A stretch of 64,000 nucleotides of DNA from an uncultured Pelagibacteraceae bacterium (lineage in GTDB: Bacteria > Pseudomonadota > Alphaproteobacteria > Pelagibacterales > Pelagibacteraceae): NCBI GenBank assembly GCA_902555185.1, contig CACDSA010000004.1:93-64092 (forward strand). Direction: 5' to 3'. The position numbers and the translations under genes are program-made. Positions within the stretch are counted from its first letter, which is position 1. Each line of letters begins with the position of its first letter. Below are positions 1 to 9,929 of this stretch, one piece after another. The notes beneath the pieces were generated by a model. That model ran no database searches. It had not been told where the DNA came from and saw only the letters and a program-made list of their open reading frames with translations.

Positions 1-1326
1 TGTATCTTATACCAAATTAAAAGATGCTCTGCTCCATGTGTTGGACACATAAATGAAAAAGATTACGAATCTACAGTTGCAGACGCAATTGACTTTATTT
101 CAGGTAAATCCAGAAGAATTCAGAAAAACTTATCTAAAGAAATGGAAAAAGCTAGCAAAGTATTAGATTATGAGAAAGCTGCTATTGCAAGAGATAGAAT
201 AAAAGCATTAACTCAAATACAAACCTCTCAGAAAATTAATCAAACAAATTTAACAGAAGCTGATGTTATCAGTATTTATAAAGAGACAGGAAAAACATGT
301 GTGCAAGTATTTTTTTTCAGGTCAAAACAAAACTGGGGTAATCAGGCTTTCTACCCTAAACATGATCCAGATGACAGTGTAGAAGATATAATAAGTTCTT
401 TTATATCGCAATTTTATGAAAACAAAACTATTCCAAGGTTAATATTAACCAACTGTGAGGTCAAAGATAAAAAACTTATTGAAAAAACATTCTCCGACAA
501 AGATAAAAAAGATATTATTATTAAGTTAGCAAAAAGTAAAAATGAGATAACTATCTCTAGTCTTGCAGAGAAAAATGCAAAACAATCTTTAAAACAAAAA
601 CTCGTTCAATCTGATACTAACAATAATCTTATCGAGGAATTAGCATCTAAATTTAATATTAATAACAATATAGAATTAATAGAAGTTTACGATAATAGCC
701 ACATTCAGGGAACTGACTCTGTTGGATCATTAATTTGTTTTAGTAATGAAGGTTTTGTTAAAAAAAGATATAGGAAATTCAATATTAAAGACGAAAAAGT
801 CAAAAATGATGACTATGGAATGATGAAAGAAGTTTTGTTTAGAAGATTTTCAAAAGCTATCAAAGAAAAATCTGGTTCGTTGTCATTGCCAGATTTAATA
901 ATGATAGACGGAGGAAAAGGACAATATTCTGTATCTAGAGAAGTTCTTAATGAATTAGGATTGCACGACTTGCCAATTTTAGCAGTAGCAAAGGGTAAAA
1001 GAAGAAATGCTGGTGAGGAAAAAATCTATTATAAAGGTAAAGAATATATTTTAGAAAGAAATGATCCATTGTTATTTTTTATACAAAGACTTCGAGATGA
1101 AGCTCATAGATTTGCTATAAGTACTCATAGAGCTAAAAGAAAGAAAAATCTTAGCAAATCTTTATTAGATCAAATCCAAGGGATTGGAAAACAAAGGAAA
1201 AGAGCTTTATTAAATCATTTTGGATCTGCGCGTGCTGTTGAATCTGCAAGCTATGATGATTTAAAATCTGTTGATGGAATAGAAGACAATATTGCAAAGA
1301 AAATATATGATTACTTCCACGAATAA
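1..1326 (+). CDS. uvrC: Excinuclease ABC subunit C (5'-truncated by window)
   Basis: Frame is open from base 1 ([13 protein letters not shown]). UVR motif [36 protein letters not shown] and C-terminal HhH. Confidence 0.97.
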   Translation, partial: CILYQIKRCSAPCVGHINEKDYESTVADAIDFISGKSRRIQKNLSKEMEKASKVLDYEKAAIARDRIKALTQIQTSQKINQTNLTEADVISIYKETGKTCVQVFFFRSKQNWGNQAFYPKHDPDDSVEDIISSFISQFYENKTIPRLILTNCEVKDKKLIEKTFSDKDKKDIIIKLAKSKNEITISSLAEKNAKQSLKQKLVQSDTNNNLIEELASKFNINNNIELIEVYDNSHIQGTDSVGSLICFSNEGFVKKRYRKFNIKDEKVKNDDYGMMKEVLFRRFSKAIKEKSGSLSLPDLIMIDGGKGQYSVSREVLNELGLHDLPILAVAKGKRRNAGEEKIYYKGKEYILERNDPLLFFIQRLRDEAHRFAISTHRAKRKKNLSKSLLDQIQGIGKQRKRALLNHFGSARAVESASYDDLKSVDGIEDNIAKKIYDYFHE

Positions 1327-1911
1327 ATGATATTAAAAATACCAAATATTTTGACTATTGGTCGAATAATCATTGTACCAATTTTCGTTATAACTTTTTT
1401 TATTCCAGGCTTATTTGGAGACTTAATACCTTTCTTTTTATTTGTCTTAGCAAGTTTTACAGATTATTTAGATGGTTTGTTGGCTAGACTATTTAAAGAA
1501 GAGTCAAAACTTGGAGAACTTTTAGACCCAATAGCAGATAAAATCTTAGTCGCGGCAGCTTTAATTTTACTTGTAATGAATGGAACAATTAAAAATTATG
1601 AGGTAATTGCAGCTATTATAATACTTACTAGGGAAATACTTATCTCGGGTTTAAGAGAATTTCTGGCAAAAGGAAAAATACCAATGCAAGTAACAAGTTT
1701 GTCAAAGTTGAAAACATTTATCCAAATGACTTCAATTGCAATACTTTTAACAGGTGATAGTGGAAACAAAATCTTTAATTTTCAAGATTATAATGCACAA
1801 ACAATTGGAATTGTGCTCCTATGGCTTTCTTCTTTTCTTACATTGTATACTGGTTATGATTATTTAAGAAAAGGAATAGATCATGCAATTAATGAAGATA
1901 CAAAGAATTAA
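1327..1911 (+). CDS. pgsA: CDP-diacylglycerol--glycerol-3-phosphate 3-phosphatidyltransferase
   Basis: IPNILTIGR and DYLDGLLAR...GELLDPIADK motif; follows uvrC. Confidence 0.96.
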   Translation: MILKIPNILTIGRIIIVPIFVITFFIPGLFGDLIPFFLFVLASFTDYLDGLLARLFKEESKLGELLDPIADKILVAAALILLVMNGTIKNYEVIAAIIILTREILISGLREFLAKGKIPMQVTSLSKLKTFIQMTSIAILLTGDSGNKIFNFQDYNAQTIGIVLLWLSSFLTLYTGYDYLRKGIDHAINEDTKN

Positions 1912-1913
1912 AA

Positions 1914-2657
1914 ATGAGCCTTACTGAAAAAAATTTAAGGGAAAAAATTTTTCACAACAATCTACAGTCTAATTCTAAGGAACGGTTTGAAAACATTTTT
2001 TACAAGGCGCTCTTTAATTTGACAGAGGACTTTTTTAGTAAATTAAAAATATTTTCAAAAAATGCTAAGATTCTTGATTATGGTTGTGGAACTGGAGTAT
2101 CTTTAAAAAAAGCGATTGAATTTGAACCAAAAAAAATTGTAGGTATTGATATTTCTGAAGTCTCTATTGAAAAAGCTCGGAGAAATATTGGAAGTAGTAA
2201 TAAAAACTTGGAATTACTGGTGGATAACTGTGAGCAAACGAAATTTAACGAAAATGAATTTGATGTGGTCTATGGGGCTGGAATTTTACACCATCTTCAA
2301 ATAAATCAATGTTTAAATGAAATTTTTAGAGTATTAAAACCTGGTGGAAAATTATTATTTATTGAACCATTAGGCACTAACCCACTTATAAATCTTTATA
2401 GACTCCTGACTCCTAATTCTAGATCTAAAGATGAGCATCCACTTCTCAAAGAAGATTTTGATTATATAAAAAATAAATTTTCAAATATAGAAATAAAATA
2501 CTATGGCTTTTTTACGCTTATTTTTTTTCCTTTTTATAAGAGTCCAAAAGACTCGAGCGTTTTTAAAATTTTAAAAAGCTTGGATCAGTATTTTTTTAAA
2601 TTTAGTATATTCAAAAAGCTAGCTTGGTCTGTATTGATAACTGCCGAGAAAAACTAA
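1914..2657 (+). CDS. Class I SAM-dependent methyltransferase
   Basis: ILDYGCGTG motif I, GIDIS, FDVV...LHH, RVLKPGG. Confidence 0.9.
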   Translation: MSLTEKNLREKIFHNNLQSNSKERFENIFYKALFNLTEDFFSKLKIFSKNAKILDYGCGTGVSLKKAIEFEPKKIVGIDISEVSIEKARRNIGSSNKNLELLVDNCEQTKFNENEFDVVYGAGILHHLQINQCLNEIFRVLKPGGKLLFIEPLGTNPLINLYRLLTPNSRSKDEHPLLKEDFDYIKNKFSNIEIKYYGFFTLIFFPFYKSPKDSSVFKILKSLDQYFFKFSIFKKLAWSVLITAEKN

Positions 2658-3541
2658 GCAGCGGTATCTTTTCTTACGAGGCTTTGATAAGACTCATTTA
2701 AATCTGAAATGATACTACACACTTTAAATTTAAAATCATTAATTTGTGACACTGGTGTGACTTCAGCTGCAGTTCCTGTAAGAAAACAACCAACAAAATT
2801 TTTCATTTCTTCAGGTTTTATTTTTCTTTCAACTACCTTTATTCCTTTTGACTCAGCAATTTTTATTACTTCCCTTCTTGTAATTCCATCTAGGAAAGAG
2901 TCTGGTATTGGAGTATGTAACTCCCCAGCCTCACTTTTAAAAAATACATTCGCTCCAGTTGCCTCAGCAATATTTCCTTCATGATCAAGCATCAAGGAAT
3001 CTGTAAATCCTTGTGCTTCAGCTTCGTGTTTAGATAGTGTACATATCATATATAAACCCGCAGCTTTGGTATCCCAGGGAATTGTGTTAGGCGCAGGTCT
3101 TCTCCAGCTTGAAATATTTAATTTGATCCCGTTAAGTTTAAGCTTAGGGTCAAAATAAGATCCCCACTCCCAAGTAGCAATAGCAACATGAATTTTATTT
3201 TTTTGTGCGGAGATAGCCATCATTTCACTTCCTCTCCAAATTAAAGGTCTCACATACCCATTTTTTACTTTTTGAACATTAACAATATTTTTACAAGCGT
3301 CATTAATTTCTTTTTGAGAGTAAGGAACTTTTATTCCCATTCTTTTTGCTGAATAAAAAAGTCTTTCTGTGTGCTCTTCTAGTCTAAATATTTCTCCATC
3401 GTAAACTCTTTCTCCTTCAAAAACACAACTAGCGTAATGCAGGCCGTGATTCAAAATATGTATATTAGCATCTGCCCAATCAACAGTTTTGCCGTTGAAC
3501 CAAATTTTTCCTGATCTTTTGTCGTAAGGAACACTTTCCAT
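2654..3541 (-). CDS. ilvE: Branched-chain amino acid aminotransferase
   Basis: LHYASCVFEG, EATGANVF, LDGITR, GTAAEVTPV (PLP fold IV). Confidence 0.95.
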   Translation of the reverse strand: MESVPYDKRSGKIWFNGKTVDWADANIHILNHGLHYASCVFEGERVYDGEIFRLEEHTERLFYSAKRMGIKVPYSQKEINDACKNIVNVQKVKNGYVRPLIWRGSEMMAISAQKNKIHVAIATWEWGSYFDPKLKLNGIKLNISSWRRPAPNTIPWDTKAAGLYMICTLSKHEAEAQGFTDSLMLDHEGNIAEATGANVFFKSEAGELHTPIPDSFLDGITRREVIKIAESKGIKVVERKIKPEEMKNFVGCFLTGTAAEVTPVSQINDFKFKVCSIISDLNESYQSLVRKDTAA

Positions 3542-3594
3542 TGAGGTAAATATATAGATTTTTTATTTATAAAAAAGTATATTCCTTAATTAGA

Positions 3595-3611
3595 TAAGTC
3601 AATATAACTTA
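3595..3611. promoter_or_regulatory. Inverted repeat TAAGT-N7-ACTTA, candidate MarR autoregulatory operator
   Basis: Perfect 5-bp arms ending 5 nt before the MarR ATG, in the divergent ilvE/MarR spacer. Confidence 0.4.
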
Positions 3612-3616
3612 CCATT

Positions 3617-4057
3617 ATGAAAGAGCTACTTTATTTAAAAGATGATCAAATTAAAGAGTTTATTCAACTGCTTTTTTATGCTTACAGAGAAACATTTGGA
3701 GATACAAGAGAAGTTTTAGCCAAAAAATATTTTGGACCTGCTCATCTCAGAGCCTTAAATTTGATTGAAAGTAACCCTGGAATTAATTTAGGTGAGTTAA
3801 TATTCAAGTTAAAAGTTACAAAGCAGAGTCTGAATAGAGTTTTACGAGACTTGATAAAATCTAAAATGATAAAACAAATTCAAGATGAAAGCGATACGAG
3901 AAAAAAAAACTTGTTTCTTGACAAAGAAGGTAAAGTTTTTTTTGAGGTAGTTTACAATACTCAAAAAAAAAGAATTTTTAATGCATTAAAGAACTCTAGC
4001 TCAGACTCTGTGATCAAATTTAAAAAAGTTTTAAAAAAAATTATAGATGGAAAATAA
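3617..4057 (+). CDS. MarR-family transcriptional regulator (PetP-like)
   Basis: wHTH KVTKQSLNRVLRDL and DTRKK wing; lies before an OmpR-family regulator as in alphaproteobacterial petP-petR loci. Confidence 0.88.
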   Translation: MKELLYLKDDQIKEFIQLLFYAYRETFGDTREVLAKKYFGPAHLRALNLIESNPGINLGELIFKLKVTKQSLNRVLRDLIKSKMIKQIQDESDTRKKNLFLDKEGKVFFEVVYNTQKKRIFNALKNSSSDSVIKFKKVLKKIIDGK

Positions 4058-4724
4058 TAATTTACATATTTTGGTAGTCGATGATGATGATAGAATAAGA
4101 GATCTTTTAAAGGACTATTTGACTCAGAATAAGTATATTGTTTCTACTGCAGAAAATGCTGAAGATGCAAAAAAAAAATTAGAATATATAAAATTTGATA
4201 TAATAATACTGGACGTAATGATGCCTGGTCAAAATGGATATGAACTAACAAAAATTATAAAAAAAGATATTAAAGTTCCTATTATATTGCTTACAGCAAA
4301 AGGTGAAGTAGAAAATAGGATTAAAGGTCTGGAGTTAGGAGCTGACGATTACATTGGTAAGCCCTTTGAGCCAAAAGAATTGCTTTTAAGAATTAATAAT
4401 ATTATTAAAAATAATAATAAAATAGATTTAAATACGCTACATCACATTGGTAAAGCGGAAGTAGATTTAATGAAAATGACAGTAAAACTTTTTGATGGAA
4501 TTAAAAAAATTAATATTTCTGAAAAAAAAGTACTTGTTGAGATGCTAGCTAATCCAGGTAAAACATTTTCTAGAGAGGAAATTGGAAAGATTTCAGGTAT
4601 TACTCAAGAGAGATCTATCGATGTTATGATAACTAGGTTAAGGCAAAAAATTGAGCAGAGGCCAAAAAATCCAAAATATTTACAAACTATAAGGGGCTCA
4701 GGTTATGTTCTCTGGATTGAATAA
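4047..4724 (+). CDS. ompR: OmpR-family response regulator
   Basis: ILVVDDD, LDVMMPG, GADDYIGKPF, RSIDVMITRLRQK, TIRGSGY. Confidence 0.92.
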   Translation: MENNNLHILVVDDDDRIRDLLKDYLTQNKYIVSTAENAEDAKKKLEYIKFDIIILDVMMPGQNGYELTKIIKKDIKVPIILLTAKGEVENRIKGLELGADDYIGKPFEPKELLLRINNIIKNNNKIDLNTLHHIGKAEVDLMKMTVKLFDGIKKINISEKKVLVEMLANPGKTFSREEIGKISGITQERSIDVMITRLRQKIEQRPKNPKYLQTIRGSGYVLWIE

Positions 4725-6024
4725 ATTAGTAAAATATATTTTACCAAAAAGATTATTTTATAGAGCATTAATAATAGTAGCTGCTCCAACTATAATTTTA
4801 CAATTAATCATTACAATTGTTTTCTATGATAGTATTTGGATAAAAGCTAATAAAAATATTACAAGATCACTAGTCTCTCAATTGAAAGCAGTGCAAGAAG
4901 TTTATCAGAATGACAAAAAAAATTTAGAATTTTTAACAGATAGTTATAGAAATAATTTTAATTTTGAAATCGGAGTCGGAGATTATGATTTTCCTACTTA
5001 CACTGGTGAAAGAAGATTTAGTCCTATGGATAGATCTTTGAGAAGAGAATTAAAGTCTACTTTTGGTAATAATAATTATTGGTTTAATACATCAAAATTT
5101 AAAAAAGCAGTAGAGATAAAAATTAAATTAGACAATAATGAAGTTTTAGAGTTTTTAATTCCTAAAGAGATGGTCTCTACCTCATCTGTTAGATTATTTG
5201 TTTTATGGACAACTCTACCTTCATTAATTTTAATAGTAATTGCATTAATTTTTTTGAAAAATCAGACTAGACCTTTGGTAAAATTAGCTAAAGCTGCAGA
5301 GAAATTTGGAAAGGGTGATTATGTAAATGACTTTAGAGCATCAGGTGCCCTTGAGATAAGAAAAGCTGCATACGAATTTAGTAGAATGGCAAAGAGAATT
5401 AATCGACATTTAAATCAAAGATCCGAGATGTTATCAGGTATTAGTCATGACTTAAGAACACCATTAACAAGACTTAAACTTCAATTAGCAATGCTCAAAC
5501 AAAAAGATTTATCTGAAAATATGTCAAAAGATATTGATGAGATGGAAAAAATGCTTAATGATTATTTACAGTTTGCTAAAACTCAAACTCAAGAAAAAAC
5601 TAGCCAGATTAACCTAGAGAACTTATTTGAAAGTATAAAAAATAATTTTAGAAATAAAAATTTAATTATCTCAAACTTTCAAAATATAGTTTTGGAGGGT
5701 AGATCCTCTGCTCTTAAAAGATCATTTGAGAACGTAATTCAAAATGGCCTGACCTATGGAAAAAACGTTTATATTAATATAAAACAAACATCAAATTTAG
5801 TTTTAATATTTATAGAAGACGATGGCCCAGGTGTTCCCGAAGATCAGTACAGAAACATATTCAAGCCTTTTTTTAGATTAGATAAGAGTAGAAGCTTAAA
5901 TCAATCTGGTGTTGGATTAGGATTGGCAATAGTAGAAGATATAATTAACTCACATGGTGGCAATGTTCAGCTCGGAAAAAGTAAATTTAATGGTCTTCAG
6001 GTTAAGATTTCTTTACCTTTTTAG
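4705..6024 (+). CDS. envZ: EnvZ-like sensor histidine kinase
   Basis: Two TM segments, HAMP, ISHDLRTPLTRL H-box, EDDGPG and GVGLGLAIV G-boxes. Confidence 0.92.
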   Translation: MFSGLNKLVKYILPKRLFYRALIIVAAPTIILQLIITIVFYDSIWIKANKNITRSLVSQLKAVQEVYQNDKKNLEFLTDSYRNNFNFEIGVGDYDFPTYTGERRFSPMDRSLRRELKSTFGNNNYWFNTSKFKKAVEIKIKLDNNEVLEFLIPKEMVSTSSVRLFVLWTTLPSLILIVIALIFLKNQTRPLVKLAKAAEKFGKGDYVNDFRASGALEIRKAAYEFSRMAKRINRHLNQRSEMLSGISHDLRTPLTRLKLQLAMLKQKDLSENMSKDIDEMEKMLNDYLQFAKTQTQEKTSQINLENLFESIKNNFRNKNLIISNFQNIVLEGRSSALKRSFENVIQNGLTYGKNVYINIKQTSNLVLIFIEDDGPGVPEDQYRNIFKPFFRLDKSRSLNQSGVGLGLAIVEDIINSHGGNVQLGKSKFNGLQVKISLPF

Positions 6025-6247
6025 TTTTTTTATTTTTCTGCAATTCTTTTATTATCACATTTTGTTTTTGTACCAGCTTTTTTAATATTTCAAATTCTTC
6101 TCTTGATACAAGCTCTAGCTTATTTATTATCTTATCTTTTTTAAATTTTAAATCTGTAGATATTTCTTTTTTAATATCTTCAGTAGTTAAAATGCCGTTC
6201 TCGATTAAATTTGATATTGTTTTTAAAATTTTTTCTGAATTATTCAT
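6002..6247 (-). CDS. ubiK: Accessory factor UbiK (YqiC/BMFP family)
   Basis: KLELVSREEFE motif; divergent from lgt as is usual in Alphaproteobacteria. Confidence 0.8.
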   Translation of the reverse strand: MNNSEKILKTISNLIENGILTTEDIKKEISTDLKFKKDKIINKLELVSREEFEILKKLVQKQNVIIKELQKNKKTKKVKKS

Positions 6248-6284
6248 AACTTATCTTATTTCATGCACATGTTGATTTCAAATA

Positions 6285-6293
6285 TGATATAAT
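6285..6293 (+). promoter_or_regulatory. Extended -10 (TGaTATAAT) for lgt
   Basis: Perfect TGnTATAAT ending 5 nt before the lgt ATG. Confidence 0.5.
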
Positions 6294-6298
6294 GAAGT

Positions 6299-7093
6299 AT
6301 GTTTACCCATAATTTTGACCCTGTATTTATAGATTTTGGTTTCTTAGCAATTAGATGGTATTCTTTAGCTTATATATTTGGAATACTAATTGGCTGGTGG
6401 TACGGAAAAAAAATTATTATAAAAAGATTTGAAATAATTGGCAAAAAATTTCCTGTAAGTGAATTCGATGACCTAATAACTTATTTAATCGTTTCAATTA
6501 TAATTGGTGGAAGAATTGGTTATATCATTTTTTATAATTTGGAATTTTATATTACTAATCCATTTGAAATAATAAAAATTTGGAAAGGTGGCATGTCTTT
6601 TCATGGGGCATTAATAGGAATAATTGTTGCTACATATTTCTTTTCAGTCAAAAAAAAAATAAGTACTTTTTTTTTATTAGATGTGATCGCATGCGTAGCT
6701 CCAATTGGAATCTTATTTGGTCGTATTGCAAACTTTATCAATGGTGAACTTGTTGGAAAAGTAAGTTCATTACCATGGAGTGTAATTTTTCCAGCTGTTG
6801 ATTTGATACCAAGACATCCCTCGCAATTATACGAAGCCATCCTAGAAGGGTTAGTTTTATTTTTAATTTTGAATATTTTAATTTCAAAAAAAAATTACAA
6901 AACCGGGACATGTTCATATTTTTTTTTAATAGGTTATGGTGTCTTAAGAATATTTGCTGAATTTTTCAGAGAACCAGACGTTCAATTAGGTTATGTATAT
7001 GGTATTTTAAGCATGGGAACTATTTTAAGTTTTTGTATGATTTTGATTGGCCTATTAATTTTAAACATTTTAAGAAAGAAAAATGAAATCTGA
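6299..7093 (+). CDS. lgt: Prolipoprotein diacylglyceryl transferase
   Basis: IRWYSLAY, GGRIGY, GGMSFHG, GRIANFINGEL, HPSQLYEA. Confidence 0.97.
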   Translation: MFTHNFDPVFIDFGFLAIRWYSLAYIFGILIGWWYGKKIIIKRFEIIGKKFPVSEFDDLITYLIVSIIIGGRIGYIIFYNLEFYITNPFEIIKIWKGGMSFHGALIGIIVATYFFSVKKKISTFFLLDVIACVAPIGILFGRIANFINGELVGKVSSLPWSVIFPAVDLIPRHPSQLYEAILEGLVLFLILNILISKKNYKTGTCSYFFLIGYGVLRIFAEFFREPDVQLGYVYGILSMGTILSFCMILIGLLILNILRKKNEI

Positions 7094-8147
7094 CTCAAAG
7101 TTTTTCAAAAATTCTAATTCAATGCCGGTAGATAGATTTTTTCAAAACGTCTTGTATGATAAAAAAAATGGATATTATAATACAAAAAATCCATTAGGAG
7201 CAAAAGGCGACTTCATTACTGCGCCAAAAATTTCAAATTTATTTTCTGAGATGATTGCAGTCTGGATGGTATCAATATGGGAAATATTTGGAAAACCGAA
7301 AAATTTAAATATCATAGAACTAGGACCGGGAGATGGAAGTTTTATAAAAGTATTATTACAAGTATCTAAAAGATTTCCTGAATTTGATATAGCAAAAAAA
7401 ATTTATTTATTTGAGAAAAGTAAATTTTTAAAACAAAAACAAAAAAGAAACATAAATAATAAAAATATTGTTTGGGTTAAAAATTTTGACAATATTAAAA
7501 AGGGTCCAGTAATTTTTTTTGGAAATGAGTTTTTTGATGCAATTCCAATAAAACAGTTTAAAAGAGAGAGAAAAATACTTTTTGAAAAATATTATACTTT
7601 TCAAAGAAATTTTGAAATTAAAGAAACTTTTAAGAAAGCCTCTAAGCAAGACATAAAAATGATAAATTCTTATAAGATTTTAAAAGGATTGAATTTTATA
7701 GAGTTTCCTAAAATAGGTATTAATGAGCTTAATAAAATCGTTAAAAAGATATTAAGTTTAAATGGTTGTATTTTAATAATTGATTATGGATATATTAAAC
7801 CAAACAACTTAGACACTATTCAATCTGTCATTAAGCACAAAAAAAATCATATAATGAAAAATTTAGGTAAGGCAGATATAACATCGCATGTAAATTTCTC
7901 TCTTTTAAAAGAATTTTTTTTAAAAAATAGTCTCATTGTAAATAAGACAATCACACAAAAAGATTTTTTAGAAAATATGGGAATTAAAAATAGAGCTGAG
8001 ATAATTTCCAAAAAAATGAGTTTTAGAGAAAAGTCAGATTTGTACTTAAGACTCAAGAGACTTTTAAGTCCAAAATTAATGGGTAATTTATTCAAAGTGT
8101 TTTTAGCTCACAACTTAAAAGAAACAAATTATCATGGATTTAAATAA
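7083..8147 (+). CDS. MidA/NDUFAF7-family SAM-dependent methyltransferase
   Basis: GDFITAPKIS, IELGPGDG, NEFFDAIP, IDYG, ADITSHVNF. Confidence 0.9.
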   Translation: MKSDSKFFKNSNSMPVDRFFQNVLYDKKNGYYNTKNPLGAKGDFITAPKISNLFSEMIAVWMVSIWEIFGKPKNLNIIELGPGDGSFIKVLLQVSKRFPEFDIAKKIYLFEKSKFLKQKQKRNINNKNIVWVKNFDNIKKGPVIFFGNEFFDAIPIKQFKRERKILFEKYYTFQRNFEIKETFKKASKQDIKMINSYKILKGLNFIEFPKIGINELNKIVKKILSLNGCILIIDYGYIKPNNLDTIQSVIKHKKNHIMKNLGKADITSHVNFSLLKEFFLKNSLIVNKTITQKDFLENMGIKNRAEIISKKMSFREKSDLYLRLKRLLSPKLMGNLFKVFLAHNLKETNYHGFK

Positions 8148-8899
8148 TGTACTATTCAGCAAAACTTAAAAATTTTAAAAATATCAAACATTGTTTTTTT
8201 TCAAGAAAAGGCGGGGTGTCTAGAGGTGTATATAAAAGTTTAAATTGTGGAAGAGGATCAAAAGATCTTAAAATTAATATTTCAAAAAACCTTAAATACG
8301 TCTCAAAAAAAATGCAAATTCAAGTGAAAAACTTGGTGTTAATGTATCAAACTCACAGTAACAGAGTAATTGAAGTTAATAAAAATAATTATACCAAAAA
8401 AATTAACTCTGATGCAGTTATTACTAAAGTAAATGGTTTAGCTTTAGGAGTTGTTACTGCAGACTGTGTGCCTATATTGCTTTATGAAAGTAAAAAAAAA
8501 CTCATAGGATGTATACACGCTGGATGGAGAGGTGCATATTTAGGAATAATTAAAAATACTATTTTAAAAATGAGACAAATTTCTAAAAACAATAAAATTT
8601 ATGCAAGTATCGGGCCATGTATAGGTAAGAAAAGTTATGAGGTTGATTTAAATTTTTTTAAAAAATTTATTTCAAAATCTAAAAAAAATATAAAGTATTT
8701 TTCTTACAAAAATAAAAGTAAGAAGCTATTTAATTTGAGGAAATTTGTTAATGATAAACTTTTAGAGCAAAAGGTCGTTCTTGATCACGTAAATCATGAC
8801 ACTTTCAAGGAAAAAAATAACTTTTTCAGCTTTAGAAGATCAACAATATTAAAGCAAAATGATTATGGAAGGTGTATATCTGTAATAAGATTAATTTAG
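8147..8899 (+). CDS. pgeF: Peptidoglycan editing factor PgeF / YfiH
   Basis: SRKGGVS, QTHS, TADCVPIL, HAGWRG, GPCIG, FSFRR. Confidence 0.92.
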   Translation: MYYSAKLKNFKNIKHCFFSRKGGVSRGVYKSLNCGRGSKDLKINISKNLKYVSKKMQIQVKNLVLMYQTHSNRVIEVNKNNYTKKINSDAVITKVNGLALGVVTADCVPILLYESKKKLIGCIHAGWRGAYLGIIKNTILKMRQISKNNKIYASIGPCIGKKSYEVDLNFFKKFISKSKKNIKYFSYKNKSKKLFNLRKFVNDKLLEQKVVLDHVNHDTFKEKNNFFSFRRSTILKQNDYGRCISVIRLI

Positions 8900-8906
8900 A
8901 TTAAAT

Positions 8907-8935
8907 TTGAAAACTTTAAGAAATAATTGTATAAG
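8907..8935 (+). promoter_or_regulatory. Candidate sigma70 promoter of prs (TTGAAA-N17-TATAAG)
   Basis: 17-nt spacing within the 48-nt intergenic gap. Confidence 0.5.
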
Positions 8936-8947
8936 TAAATACATTTC

Positions 8948-9880
8948 ATGAAAATTTTATCTGGAACTAGTAACCTTAGTCTTAGCAAGGACATTTCCAA
9001 AAATTTAAAACTCAAATTGATAAACACTAACATTAGAAGATTTGCGGATGGGGAAATCTATATAGAGATTAATGAAAATATTAGGGGTAATAGCGTATTT
9101 GTTATCCAATCAACTTCTAACCCTGCAAATGATAATATAATGGAACTTTTATTGGTGATCGATGCGCTTAAAAGATCATCTGCAAAGACTATTACGGCAG
9201 TAATTCCTTATTTTGGTTATGCTAGGCAAGATAGAAAAGTTGCTCCTAGAACTTCTATATCTGCAAAAGTTGTTGCAAACTTAATTTCTAATGCCGGTGC
9301 TACTAGAGTTGTAACAGTCGATCTACACGCTGGCCAAATTCAAGGTTTTTTTGATATGCCAGTTGACAACCTTTATACTGCACCTCTTTTTGCGAAATAT
9401 ATTAAAAAAAAATTAAATTCAAAAAAACTTATTTGTGTTTCTCCTGATGTAGGAGGGGTAGCAAGAACAAGGGCTTTAGCTACTAGAATTAAAGCTGATC
9501 TTGCAATCATAGATAAAAGGAGACCTGCTCCAGGAAAATCTGAAGTTATGAATATTATCGGAGACGTAAAAAACAAAACTTGTATAATAGTTGACGATAT
9601 AATTGATAGTGGAGGAACAATAGTTAATGCCGTTGAGGCATTAAAAAGGAATGGAGCTAATGAAGTTTATGTTTTTATTACACATGCTGTTTTAAGTGGT
9701 GATGCAGTTAAAAAAATTAAAAATTCTAAAATAAAAAAATTAATAATAACTGATACCATCGATAATTCTCAGAAAATTAAAAATAATAACAAAATAGAGG
9801 TGTTATCTATTGCCTCATTGATGTCTGAAGCAATAAAAAGAATAGCTAATTCAAACTCAGTATCAGATTTGTTTAATTAG
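8948..9880 (+). CDS. prs: Ribose-phosphate pyrophosphokinase
   Basis: FADGE, YFGYARQDR, DLHAGQIQGFF, VDDIIDSGGT. Confidence 0.98.
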   Translation: MKILSGTSNLSLSKDISKNLKLKLINTNIRRFADGEIYIEINENIRGNSVFVIQSTSNPANDNIMELLLVIDALKRSSAKTITAVIPYFGYARQDRKVAPRTSISAKVVANLISNAGATRVVTVDLHAGQIQGFFDMPVDNLYTAPLFAKYIKKKLNSKKLICVSPDVGGVARTRALATRIKADLAIIDKRRPAPGKSEVMNIIGDVKNKTCIIVDDIIDSGGTIVNAVEALKRNGANEVYVFITHAVLSGDAVKKIKNSKIKKLIITDTIDNSQKIKNNNKIEVLSIASLMSEAIKRIANSNSVSDLFN

Positions 9881-9883
9881 CTC

Positions 9884-9912
9884 TTGTTTTAGTTGAGATC
9901 TTGAGTTATATA
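9884..9912 (+). promoter_or_regulatory. Candidate sigma70 promoter of rplY (TTGTTT-N17-TATATA)
   Basis: 17-nt spacing within the 49-nt intergenic gap. Confidence 0.45.
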
Positions 9913-9929
9913 CCCCTTTCAACAAATTT

